Virus record (IMG/VR): IMGVR_UViG_3300047550_004734
Coordinates: 1-59,048 of that record
DNA: 59,048 nucleotides
DNA from: a virus
Taxonomy: Duplodnaviria; Caudoviricetes
Reading direction: 5' to 3' (one strand)
The notes under the pieces are model-generated. The model saw only the letters and a list, made by a program, of their open reading frames with translations. It was not told the origin of the DNA and did not search any database. Position numbers and translations under genes: made by a program. Positions 1-8,984 of this stretch are shown here, in pieces. Numbering within the stretch: position 1 is the first letter of the stretch; every line of letters starts with the position of its first letter.

Positions 1-749
1 ATGATCTTAGCGGATCCTTCCATAAGCTTAAGTTCACCAAAGGCGAAACTACAAGCAAAACTAACGTAGAAGCGAATACCTTCAAGAATATTAACGTTTG
101 CGACTGCTCTGTACAGTTTTCTTTTAATATCGTTGAGTGATTCCTTTGCGTATGAGACTCCTTCAAGTTGATGCTTCCATTGTTCGGAAGTTCCATAAAC
201 TTGTGCTGATTGAATAAAGTTATCATAAGACTCTGTAACGCTCTTAGCACGCTCCAGAATACGCTCATCACCAATAATGGTATCAAACACCTCACTAGGA
301 TCAGAATAAACATTTTTAATAATATAAGTGTATGAACGTGAGTGAATCATTTCCATGAATCCCCATACTTCCATACATGCTTCAAGTTCAGGAAGAGAAC
401 AGTATGGAATAAATGCCATACCAGGTCCACGCCCTTGAATAGAATCCAACATAATTTGATACTTCAGATTAGAAGTAAAGATATGTTTTTGTTCTGATCG
501 TAATGTTTGATAATCTCCACGATCTTTTTGGAGAGAAATTTCTTCTGGTCTCCAAAAATAACTTAGTTGTTGTTGAGTAAGTTTATCAAAGATTGGATAT
601 TTGTATGAATCATATCTTTGAACCCCTAGAGGTTTACCAAAAAACATTGGTTGTTTTTTGGTATCAACCTTTTCAGTATTAAAAACTGTCATTCCCTTAA
701 TATCGGTAGTTTCTTCCATTTTAGAAATTTTAAACTGCACAGGATTCAC
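1..749 (-). CDS. nrdB: ribonucleotide reductase class Ia beta subunit (3' end outside window)
   Basis: Not in the ORF track. Manual translation gives KKQPMFFG..QRYD..FWRPEEISL..EMIHSRSY..NILEGIRFYVSFACSFAF. GTG start at 749 follows GGAGG; alternative ATG at 719. Confidence 0.95.
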   Translation of the reverse strand, partial: MNPVQFKISKMEETTDIKGMTVFNTEKVDTKKQPMFFGKPLGVQRYDSYKYPIFDKLTQQQLSYFWRPEEISLQKDRGDYQTLRSEQKHIFTSNLKYQIMLDSIQGRGPGMAFIPYCSLPELEACMEVWGFMEMIHSRSYTYIIKNVYSDPSEVFDTIIGDERILERAKSVTESYDNFIQSAQVYGTSEQWKHQLEGVSYAKESLNDIKRKLYRAVANVNILEGIRFYVSFACSFAFGELKLMEGSAKI

Positions 750-855
750 ACTCTCCCTCCTCTACTGAACTTAACTTACACATTCTATTTAACTCTCCAA
801 AATATTTGGTTTTCATAATCAAACATCCAAAATCAAAAAATAATTTTAGTGAGTT

Positions 856-1065
856 TCATAAGTTTTCCCATTCATAATCAAAAACAATTCGTTTATGCTT
901 TGTGTTTGTAACTACAATCACTTTACCTACACTATAAGGATTACTTCTACATTCATCCCAGTGCTTTTTTGCTACTAATTTATCTGTTGTGCGACCAACA
1001 TAATTCCCATCACCCATTCCATCAACACTTGTTCCAGCAAATAAAAGATACCAAGTTTCAGTCAT
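856..1065 (-). CDS. hypothetical protein (69 aa) between nrdA and nrdB
   Basis: ORF track 856..1161; ATG at 1065 (MTETWYLL) just past the nrdA stop is the more plausible start. Confidence 0.65.
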   Translation of the reverse strand: MTETWYLLFAGTSVDGMGDGNYVGRTTDKLVAKKHWDECRSNPYSVGKVIVVTNTKHKRIVFDYEWENL

Positions 1066-1078
1066 AAAAACCTTTTCG

Positions 1079-3379
1079 TCAAATTTTACAACTTTCGCAA
1101 TCTTCCTCTTCAGCACCAGAAAGTTCTTGGAGGAGTGATTGGAGATTAGGTTTATCCTCAACTACTTCATCAGTTTTAATATCATAAGTGTTTTGATAAT
1201 ATGCTGTTTTCCAACCATATCGATAACAATTCAAAAAGTCTTGTGCCATCACTGACACAGGAACTTCATTGTCGGGATAATTCTCTGGATTATAAGACCA
1301 GTTCCCCGAAATTGCTTGGTCAAAGAATTTCTGCATCACAGCAACAATATTAATATAACCACGATTGGACTCCATATCCCAAAGAAGCGTATAAGCATTC
1401 TTAAGAGTTTGATATTGCGGAACAATCTGCTTAAGTGGTCCTTTCTTTGACTTTTTAATGGACAAGAATCCACGGGGAGGTTCAATCCCATTTGTCGCAT
1501 TTGACACAACGGAACTGCTCTCCGATGGCATCTGTGCGGACAGTGTTGAGTGCCTGAGACCGTGATCCAAGATGGATGCTCTAAGATTTTCCCAATCATG
1601 TTGAAGTGTGATGGATGAAATTTCGTCTACGTCTTTTTTATAAGTATCAATCGGAAGAATTCCATCAGCATACTTAGTGCGCCCAAAATATTCACAATGA
1701 CCCTTTTCCTTAGCAAGTTGATTGGATGCTTTCAGAAGATAATACTGGAATGATTCAGAAAGTCCATGAACGGCATCCCATGCCTCTTGAGAGTCGTAGT
1801 TGAATCCAAGTTTTGCTAAGTAGTGTGCAAGTCCGATAAAACCTATACCAAGAGAACGACGGCGCTTTGTGAAGTTTTCTGCTGCTTTTACTGGGTAATG
1901 TTGATAATCAATAATTTCATCTAGAGCACGAACACAAAGATCACATAGTTCTTCCAATTCTTCATCTGATTTTACTTTACCAACATTAACTGCAGAAAGA
2001 ATACAAGTAGCAATCTCTGCATAATTATCATCATCAATATGTTGAATTGGAGTTGTTGGTTCAGTAATTTCCTGACAAAGATTACTCATTGTAATTTGGT
2101 CCTTATAGGAACTATGAGAATTACAATGGTCAATATTCATAATGTAAATGCGACCCGTTTCGGCACGTTCTTTGAGAAGGTTAAGAATGAGTTCTTGTGC
2201 TTTAATAGTCTTTTTCGGAACGGACGGATCTTTTTCATATGAAAGATAGAGATCATCAAAAGTAGGGAGTCCGAAAGAATCATAAAGTCCAGGTACATCA
2301 TGTGGGGAGAAAAGCGTGATCTCACCGTCTTGAATAAATCTTTCATAGAACAACTTACTGATTTGGATGGAATAATCAAGTTTACGGACACGATTATCTT
2401 CCGTTCCCTTGTTATTTTTAAGAACAAGAATGTCTTCTATTTCTTGGTGCCAGATGGGGAAGTGGGCCGTTGCGGACCCACCTCGGATGCCATTCTGTGT
2501 GCAACAACGGACAGTCGCTTCAAATTTTTTGAGAAACGGTACAACACCTGTGTGTGTAACTTCTCCACCTCTAATTTTAGAGTTGATGCCCCTGATGCGA
2601 CCTGCGTTGATACCGATTCCCGCCCTTTGTGCGACATATCTGCCAATAGCCATATCACTGCTAAAGATAGAATCGAGGGTGTCATCAACATCAACAAGAA
2701 CACAACTAGCAAATTGTCGAAGTGGTGTTCGCACTCCTGCCATGATGGGAGTTGGAATGTTGATTTTGTGCTTGGAGATTGCGTCATAATACCTCTTTAC
2801 ATATGACATTCTTGTTTGCTTTGGATACTCTGCAAAGATAGTCAGAGCAATCATCATGTACATAAATTGCGGAGTTTCATATACACCTCCAGTGCTTCTA
2901 TCCTGCACGAGGTACTTATCAACGACCTGACGTAAACCCGCATAAGTGAAAAGATAGTCACGGTCATGATCAATGTAAGAATTAGCTTTTTCAATTTCTT
3001 CTTTGGAATATTTCTGATAAATCTCATTATCATATACCCGTGCATTTACACAGTTGTAGATATGCTCTTCAAGATTGGGAAGTTCTCGCATCTTCCCATA
3101 AAGTTGTTTGCGAACTGCAAACAGAAGCAGGCGAGCAGCAACATACTGATAATTTGGATGATCTAAATCAATCAAATCACTTGCACTACGAATCAGAATT
3201 TCTTGAATTTCTTTTGTCGAAATTCCATCATAAAATTGAATACCAGATGTCATCTCAACTTGACTCGCAGAGACCCCTGCAAGTCCACTACATGCCTCTT
3301 CAACCATGATGTGCATCTTCTCAAGATTAAGAGACTCTACACGACCATTTCTTTTAACTACTTTTGTTCCATTGCTCAT
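1079..3379 (-). CDS. nrdA: ribonucleotide reductase class Ia alpha subunit
   Basis: N-terminal ATP cone (VVKRNG), PTPIMAG, QFASCVL, catalytic SNLCQEI, C-terminal CESCKI. Confidence 0.98.
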   Translation of the reverse strand: MSNGTKVVKRNGRVESLNLEKMHIMVEEACSGLAGVSASQVEMTSGIQFYDGISTKEIQEILIRSASDLIDLDHPNYQYVAARLLLFAVRKQLYGKMRELPNLEEHIYNCVNARVYDNEIYQKYSKEEIEKANSYIDHDRDYLFTYAGLRQVVDKYLVQDRSTGGVYETPQFMYMMIALTIFAEYPKQTRMSYVKRYYDAISKHKINIPTPIMAGVRTPLRQFASCVLVDVDDTLDSIFSSDMAIGRYVAQRAGIGINAGRIRGINSKIRGGEVTHTGVVPFLKKFEATVRCCTQNGIRGGSATAHFPIWHQEIEDILVLKNNKGTEDNRVRKLDYSIQISKLFYERFIQDGEITLFSPHDVPGLYDSFGLPTFDDLYLSYEKDPSVPKKTIKAQELILNLLKERAETGRIYIMNIDHCNSHSSYKDQITMSNLCQEITEPTTPIQHIDDDNYAEIATCILSAVNVGKVKSDEELEELCDLCVRALDEIIDYQHYPVKAAENFTKRRRSLGIGFIGLAHYLAKLGFNYDSQEAWDAVHGLSESFQYYLLKASNQLAKEKGHCEYFGRTKYADGILPIDTYKKDVDEISSITLQHDWENLRASILDHGLRHSTLSAQMPSESSSVVSNATNGIEPPRGFLSIKKSKKGPLKQIVPQYQTLKNAYTLLWDMESNRGYINIVAVMQKFFDQAISGNWSYNPENYPDNEVPVSVMAQDFLNCYRYGWKTAYYQNTYDIKTDEVVEDKPNLQSLLQELSGAEEEDCESCKI

Positions 3380-4344
3380 ATTTTCTTCCAGGTAGTAAAT
3401 TTAAGTTTTGCTTCTAAACCAGAATAAGTATTTAATTCTATCACAGACTGAACATCTAGTCCAAATAAAACCATATCATTGATGTCTTTTTCTTTGATAG
3501 ACGATGGCCAAATAACTACTTTTTCTCCGTTATCAATACACTTCGCGATTCGATTGAGGATTTCTGCATTACGTGGTTCGTTATCATATATCCAAACAGG
3601 ATTGCTAATGCCCCACTTGCTAACATCACCATCAGCTCCACAAAGAGCAATTGAGTTTGAAATAAATGCTGAGTCAAATGGACCTTCTGTGATGTAAACA
3701 GTTTTTTTCTTTTCAATTTTATCGAGACCGTAGATTTTTGGTGATTCATCATCTAACATTATAGTAATGTATTTTACTTTACTAGAACCAAGTGCTCTTC
3801 CCTGAAATCCGATAAACTTATTTTGATAAAACAGAGGAATAATAATCCTAGGTTCATCTACAGTAATGCTATCGAATGTTGGTTGAAGAGAGTTGGTCCA
3901 TTCTTTAAATTTTTCAGTGTAATAATAGTTATCTGGGTTTAGTTTTCTACTTTCCAGATATTTTTTTGCCTGCGAATTTAAACTTGCTTTGGGTAAATCT
4001 AATTTTGGATTAAATTTTGGTGCTTCAAATTTAAATACTGGTTCATCAGAAGTAAAGTTTTTTCCAGTATTCCCTTCTTTAAATTTCTCAAAAATATATT
4101 GCTTATGAATTACAACATCAATTTGCTTCAAGAAATTGTTAAATGAAACATTAATACCACAATTATGACACTTATAATTTGTATTATTTTTTACTTGATA
4201 AAGATATCCTCTTGCCTTATTTTTATTTTTTTGAGAATCCCCACAAATAGGGCACCGAAAATTATAAAGATTATGTTTTACTTTTTTGAATTTTTTAAAT
4301 CTTCCAGAAATCAAATTGATGTATTTAACATCAACAAAATCCAT
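3376..4344 (-). CDS. gp61: DNA primase (T4 gp61-like)
   Basis: Zn finger CPICGDS..CHNCG, TOPRIM motifs EGPFDS and YDNEPRN, KDINDM. ATG 4344 preferred over the upstream TTG. Confidence 0.96.
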   Translation of the reverse strand: MDFVDVKYINLISGRFKKFKKVKHNLYNFRCPICGDSQKNKNKARGYLYQVKNNTNYKCHNCGINVSFNNFLKQIDVVIHKQYIFEKFKEGNTGKNFTSDEPVFKFEAPKFNPKLDLPKASLNSQAKKYLESRKLNPDNYYYTEKFKEWTNSLQPTFDSITVDEPRIIIPLFYQNKFIGFQGRALGSSKVKYITIMLDDESPKIYGLDKIEKKKTVYITEGPFDSAFISNSIALCGADGDVSKWGISNPVWIYDNEPRNAEILNRIAKCIDNGEKVVIWPSSIKEKDINDMVLFGLDVQSVIELNTYSGLEAKLKFTTWKKI

Positions 4345-4368
4345 AACCAAACCTTAATGAGTCCATAT

Positions 4369-4396
4369 ATTCTAGCACATTACTTGGTTTTGTCAA
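4369..4396 (-). promoter_or_regulatory. sigma70-type early promoter for primase-nrdAB
   Basis: TTGACA (4396-4391), 16-nt spacer, TAGAAT (4374-4369) with an extended -10 TG. Confidence 0.75.
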
Positions 4397-4493
4397 TGCA
4401 CAAACTAGTCATAGTTCCAGTCCATTTTATAACTGAGTTTGTAATTTTTTGAAGGTAATAAATTGTTGTTCTGTTCTTAATTTTCATTGGCAT
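4380..4493 (-). CDS. possible small protein (37 aa)
   Basis: Open frame MPMKIKNRTTIYYLQKITNSVIKWTGTMTSLCIDKTK fills the intergenic gap downstream of a TAAATA motif. Confidence 0.4.
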   Translation of the reverse strand: MPMKIKNRTTIYYLQKITNSVIKWTGTMTSLCIDKTK

Positions 4494-4514
4494 TATATGC
4501 CAACACAGAATTAT

Positions 4515-4922
4515 TTATTTGACTATTTGTTGTTGAGGAATGTCTGGAGTTAAAAAATCTACAACCATATGAGACTGTGAAAATCCAAAAGAAACAACTG
4601 CAAAGATTCCAACTATTATCCAACGAAATTTTACAAATTCTTCTAATTTACTTTCTACTTTTTCAATTCTATCTGCTACAGATTCATGAGAATCTTTATT
4701 TTCTGATTTTAATTCTTCAATCAGTCTACCAATATAATCATCTGACCTATGACACTGCTCTATTCTTTCTTCATGAACAGCCAGCATTTTACTAATATTT
4801 TGACTACTTTTACCCATTATTTGTATTGCTTCATCTATTTTTTTCAACATAATTTCATAAGAAGAAAGTCTTTCTTCAAGAACAGCAATTTTAGTATCTG
4901 CAGAAGTATTTGAATTGAACAT
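4515..4922 (-). CDS. coiled-coil protein with C-terminal hydrophobic segment
   Basis: Heptad-rich helix followed by WIIVGIFAVVSFGFS. Confidence 0.8.
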   Translation of the reverse strand: MFNSNTSADTKIAVLEERLSSYEIMLKKIDEAIQIMGKSSQNISKMLAVHEERIEQCHRSDDYIGRLIEELKSENKDSHESVADRIEKVESKLEEFVKFRWIIVGIFAVVSFGFSQSHMVVDFLTPDIPQQQIVK

Positions 4923-4980
4923 TTGCGCTATGAGTTATTATTCTCACACTACAGAACAAACAACTCAGGTAGTTTTAATA

Positions 4981-5226
4981 TTATTTATTTTTTAAATAAT
5001 CTAACCATTTTTTACGAGATCCAGGTCCACCCTTTGCATATGTTTTAACAAATTTTCTTGCTAAAAAAACCATTTTGGGACTTTTACCAGCAACTGGACC
5101 TTTATCATCAGCATCTGCACTAAATCCAGGTTTACCGGGAGAACTCTGCGTAGTCATCATTTCCTCTTTCAAATTTATATAATTACGAAATGCTTCAATT
5201 ACTATATCAATCTTCTTCTTTTTCAT
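4981..5226 (-). CDS. hypothetical protein
   Basis: 81-aa ORF overlapping the upstream gene end, co-oriented with neighbours. Confidence 0.75.
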   Translation of the reverse strand: MKKKKIDIVIEAFRNYINLKEEMMTTQSSPGKPGFSADADDKGPVAGKSPKMVFLARKFVKTYAKGGPGSRKKWLDYLKNK

Positions 5227-5599
5227 TGTAGATTTTGTAAAGTTCTTTTAAACAATTAATATCAACTTGAATATCATGAATGCTTGATTTTGGATATTCT
5301 GGTAATCTTCCAAGAAAAATAATAAAAGATTTTAAAGATGACCACAAATCTTTTTCAATTTTAAAAAACAACATCGGAGTAGTTGCTTCTCCAAAAATAT
5401 TATAAAGAATAATAAAGTGATTTAGAAGAAGGTGAGTTTTTAGTTCACCTTCTCTTTTATATCTTTTTAACAATCTTTTAATATATTTGAAATGATTTAA
5501 ATCTTTTTCAAAATCTTCCTTAGTAACTGCTTGAGGATTTTCATAATTTTTAATAGCAAATAAGAGAAAATTATCCTCGTTCAGTTCATTAAAAATCAT
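5207..5599 (-). CDS. conserved T4-like phage hypothetical protein
   Basis: 130-aa ORF (FNELNEDNFLLFAIKNYENP..DLNHFKYIKRLL..LLLNH), recalled as a common cyanomyovirus family. Confidence 0.85.
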   Translation of the reverse strand: MIFNELNEDNFLLFAIKNYENPQAVTKEDFEKDLNHFKYIKRLLKRYKREGELKTHLLLNHFIILYNIFGEATTPMLFFKIEKDLWSSLKSFIIFLGRLPEYPKSSIHDIQVDINCLKELYKIYNEKEED

Positions 5600-5605
5600 A
5601 AACTA

Positions 5606-6370
5606 TCAAGCAGGTGGATAAATCGGAAGATTGCCAGTTGCAATTCCAGACATTGCTACAAGGGTTTCCGTTTTAACTCTTAAAGTACCACTAGAATCAA
5701 TATAAGTAGTAACACCAACCCATCCTGCATGTGTCAATTTATACTTAGTAGTTACAGCAGCATTTGTTCCATCAGTAGAAACACCAGAAACACTTCTGCG
5801 GTAAGTTCCACTCAATCTACTAATATTTACTGCAGTTCCACTTGCAAGAGAACTTCCAATTGTAGACGCAAAAGAAACCGTGGTTGCACCAATCGACGTA
5901 ACGGCAGTTGTAATTCCACCACTTGCAAAAGTGTCCCCAATTATAATTCCAGTAGTTGAAGCAACGGCAACGATAGAAGTTCCAATATTTGCAGTTGCAG
6001 CAACAGAAGTTGTAACAACAATTGAAGTTTGTGATGGATTGTTTTGAATATTATATTGACTATATGCAGGATCAAGTGTTACATACTTTGGAAGTTCACT
6101 AATGTCAAACTGAACCCCAGAAATTGCCGTACTGCTTAAATTAGAAGTAGAAGCAATCGAAAGTTGTGTTGTGCTCGCAATTCCAACAATTACGGCATCA
6201 CCATAATAAGTCCCAGTTCTTGATCCAAAACGAATTACATCTCCAGTAGCAGCAGCACCTACTTGACCAAAAGTTGTTCCAGATCCAGTTACAGTCCATA
6301 CCCCATTAGTAAGATTGAGTGATACTGTACCTCCAGATCCTTTAGCATCATTATTTCCCCAGAGTGCCAT
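5606..6370 (-). CDS. putative virion structural protein
   Basis: MALWG start, G/S/T-rich beta composition, HAGWVG..RVKTETLVAM end; TATAAATA upstream. Confidence 0.8.
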   Translation of the reverse strand: MALWGNNDAKGSGGTVSLNLTNGVWTVTGSGTTFGQVGAAATGDVIRFGSRTGTYYGDAVIVGIASTTQLSIASTSNLSSTAISGVQFDISELPKYVTLDPAYSQYNIQNNPSQTSIVVTTSVAATANIGTSIVAVASTTGIIIGDTFASGGITTAVTSIGATTVSFASTIGSSLASGTAVNISRLSGTYRRSVSGVSTDGTNAAVTTKYKLTHAGWVGVTTYIDSSGTLRVKTETLVAMSGIATGNLPIYPPA

Positions 6371-6401
6371 GTTTTTTCCCGTAAAAATTATTTGATATGA
6401 A

Positions 6402-6409
6402 TATTTATA
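6402..6409 (-). promoter_or_regulatory. T4-type late promoter
   Basis: Exact TATAAATA about 30 nt upstream of ATG 6370. Confidence 0.75.
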
Positions 6410-6440
6410 AAAAATAGAGACCTCATAAAGAAGTCTCTAT
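6409..6440 (-). terminator. intrinsic terminator
   Basis: ATAGAGAC/GTCTCTAT stem followed by a T run on the minus strand. Confidence 0.6.
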
Positions 6441-6463
6441 AAAGTTTATACTATGATATTTAA

Positions 6464-6649
6464 TCAGGGAGTAGGATCTTTTGCCCCACCATCAATTGCT
6501 TTTTTTCTAACTTGCTGAAGAATAAAAGACAGAATTCCATTTGCCTGAACTTTTGGATTTGCACCTAAAAACTCAGAAAGAATTAAAAGAATAGTAAGAA
6601 TTGCTGCCTCGTTTGCTTTATAAAATGCAAGAAGTGCTCCTAAAGACAT
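6464..6649 (-). CDS. small membrane-associated hypothetical protein
   Basis: 61 aa with hydrophobic AAILTILLILSEFLG; strong SD AGGAGG upstream. Confidence 0.8.
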   Translation of the reverse strand: MSLGALLAFYKANEAAILTILLILSEFLGANPKVQANGILSFILQQVRKKAIDGGAKDPTP

Positions 6650-6688
6650 AATGACCTCCTAAAAATATTATAAAACTATTTAGTTAAT

Positions 6689-8983
6689 TTATGATGAAAT
6701 AGAGGATAAATTAACTCCTTTATGTGAGGCATTTTTTTGCTTTATAGCTAATTCTTTTTCTGCAGCATCTGCTTTTGCCTTGGCTTGTAAAACTTGATTT
6801 ATTGCTGATGGATTTTGTTGCTTGTCTTTTGATTTAATTGGTTCAACTGCCTCACCCATACCTTTTCTTGCAGTTTTACGTGCTCTTTGAATTTGCTTGG
6901 TTGTTTTTGGTGCAGTAATATTTCCTGGGTCTCTAACTCCACTAAATCTTCTGACTCCACCATGTTCTCTAGGTTCAGATCTACTTTCACCTCTCTTACG
7001 GTAACTACCAACATGTTGAGTATGAATTTTTGGATCAGAACCTCTAGTTTTTCCTTTTTTACCTTGGGTTTCTTGTCTGTGCTTTTCTAATGGTTCTAAA
7101 TTTTTTGGGTCATCATCAATGTGAGAAACTTTTTGTGGTTTATACTTTTCAATATCTCTTTTAGTTGCAATCAGTTTTTTACCGGGAGATCCTGAACCAG
7201 GCATATCTCCAGTAAAGTGCCCTGCTTTCATTGTAATTCCACGCTTTTTATTATAACCAAGATTCTTTAAGTGCTGAACTATACTTTTATTAGCAACTTT
7301 TCCTTTATCTTCAGATAAAGAAACTTCTTCACTTCTAAAAGCACCTCTTGCAGTATTTGGCTCAACAACTGCACCTCTAGATTTATTAATTACTTTTTTG
7401 TTTGCTTTTGTAGTTTGCTTAAATTTCTCTGGATTTCTTAATGGCGAAAAGTCCATAGTTTCACCCTTACCTAACTTTTCTTTATGAAAGTCTCCGGTAG
7501 ATACTGTTCTTACAGTTTCTCCACCCGAACCCTTAACATTAATTTTTGCTGGTTCAACTTTTGTAGTTTTCTTTTTACCAGTCTCAGGATCTTTTAGTCT
7601 TTTTTTCCCAACTTCTCTAAGTGCAGCTTGATCTAAATCAAGTTGAACTAAATGCTTTGGTCTTTTTGGTCCAGCAAGTTTTTCTGCTTTCTTTGACTTT
7701 TTTTCAGATCTAGGAAGTTTTGCCTCATCAATATAACTCTCTGCTATTCTTTTTGCCATTTTTGTTGCGGTAGCATACATTACTTCTTTTCCGCGACCAG
7801 GATATCTTTTCTCAAAGTCCGCTGCTCTGTCTTTCATAGACTTTACAATTCTTTCCTTTTCTTTTGTCTCCGCAGAGGTTAAAGTTTTTTCAACCACATA
7901 TTCTTCATTAGTTGTGCCAGTAGTTTGTTTTCTCTTAGCAGCAGCTCTTCTTCTTTCTTCATCACTAATCCCAGAGACATCAGCAAGAATGTCACGATAA
8001 AGTTGTTTTCTTTGAGATTTTGAAGTTGTAGTTTTTGTTTTGATGCTTTCTTGTTTTTTTGCTTTTGGTGGAGTTGTTGCAGACCCACTCCAAGGATCTT
8101 CAATTTTTTGGGCCTTTGGTTTTGGAGACGCAGATTTTGATGGAGCAGTATAAGAACCACTACTCACTCTTTCCTTTGTTCCTACTCCAGCGCCACGATA
8201 AGTTGATGCTGACCTTGATTTGGTGTGTGCTGTACTTGGTTTCTTATCACCTTCCATTTTGCGTGCAACACCTAATGCACCTTTAGCAACCTTTCTTGCT
8301 CCCGATGCAATCACACTTGCTGCCGCACTCTTAGCACCACGAACTTTACTAGAAAGTTTTTGTCTTGCAAGTCTTCCTACCGCTTTAACTAAATGACGAG
8401 TGCCTTTTTTTTTCTCTACTGGTCCATCAGTATCATGTCCATAAGTGACCGTTGCTTCAGTCAATGCATACTCAAGCGCCTCTTCAATATCATCTTCATC
8501 ATAACCTTCTTCAAGCAGTTCATCATAAACACTCTCAACAATATAATCAACTTCATCAATTTCAATCATCTCAAGAAGAGTTCCACCAAGTTCTTCTATT
8601 GCCTCACCAATATTTGGATTAATTTTGATTTTATTATTTACTTTCTTTTCAGTAATTTTTCGGTCGTTTTTATCCTTATCAATAGCACTCACTACTTCAG
8701 AAAGGTCTTCTCTCCAATTTGAGAATCCTTCTTTTACGGGGTTTCCTTTTCCTTTACGAAGTTGTTTAAAATCTTGAGAGGTTAACTTTCCATACGGAGC
8801 AGCAACATCAATTTTATGCTGCTTCCCTATTAGGGCTTCTTTTACAGGTTGCTTTTTTCTATCTTTTATAGCCTTTTTCATAGGTTCTTTTTCATTACCA
8901 TCACCATCAAAATCAAGGTAATCTGGTTTTGCTTTTTTCGCTTCTACAATTCTAACAATATTTTCTAAAGTATTATACTTCAT
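6689..8983 (-). CDS. large Lys-rich modular protein, putative internal head protein with a HAD-like segment
   Basis: 764 aa; short modules separated by (I/L/V)xE sites; TATAAATA at 9024-9017. Function is inferred. Confidence 0.8.
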   Translation of the reverse strand: MKYNTLENIVRIVEAKKAKPDYLDFDGDGNEKEPMKKAIKDRKKQPVKEALIGKQHKIDVAAPYGKLTSQDFKQLRKGKGNPVKEGFSNWREDLSEVVSAIDKDKNDRKITEKKVNNKIKINPNIGEAIEELGGTLLEMIEIDEVDYIVESVYDELLEEGYDEDDIEEALEYALTEATVTYGHDTDGPVEKKKGTRHLVKAVGRLARQKLSSKVRGAKSAAASVIASGARKVAKGALGVARKMEGDKKPSTAHTKSRSASTYRGAGVGTKERVSSGSYTAPSKSASPKPKAQKIEDPWSGSATTPPKAKKQESIKTKTTTSKSQRKQLYRDILADVSGISDEERRRAAAKRKQTTGTTNEEYVVEKTLTSAETKEKERIVKSMKDRAADFEKRYPGRGKEVMYATATKMAKRIAESYIDEAKLPRSEKKSKKAEKLAGPKRPKHLVQLDLDQAALREVGKKRLKDPETGKKKTTKVEPAKINVKGSGGETVRTVSTGDFHKEKLGKGETMDFSPLRNPEKFKQTTKANKKVINKSRGAVVEPNTARGAFRSEEVSLSEDKGKVANKSIVQHLKNLGYNKKRGITMKAGHFTGDMPGSGSPGKKLIATKRDIEKYKPQKVSHIDDDPKNLEPLEKHRQETQGKKGKTRGSDPKIHTQHVGSYRKRGESRSEPREHGGVRRFSGVRDPGNITAPKTTKQIQRARKTARKGMGEAVEPIKSKDKQQNPSAINQVLQAKAKADAAEKELAIKQKNASHKGVNLSSISS

Positions 8984-8984
8984 T

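Noticed and set aside
780-885. Repeated TTTGATTATGAA and a TAAATA upstream of nrdB, considered as an intron or mobile remnant
   Set aside because: Only a 12-bp AT-rich match; no intron structure, and nrdA and the visible nrdB are uninterrupted.
2300-2806. Plus-strand ORFs of 168 and 126 aa inside nrdA
   Set aside because: Antisense shadows of a conserved gene, with no recognisable motifs or expression signals.
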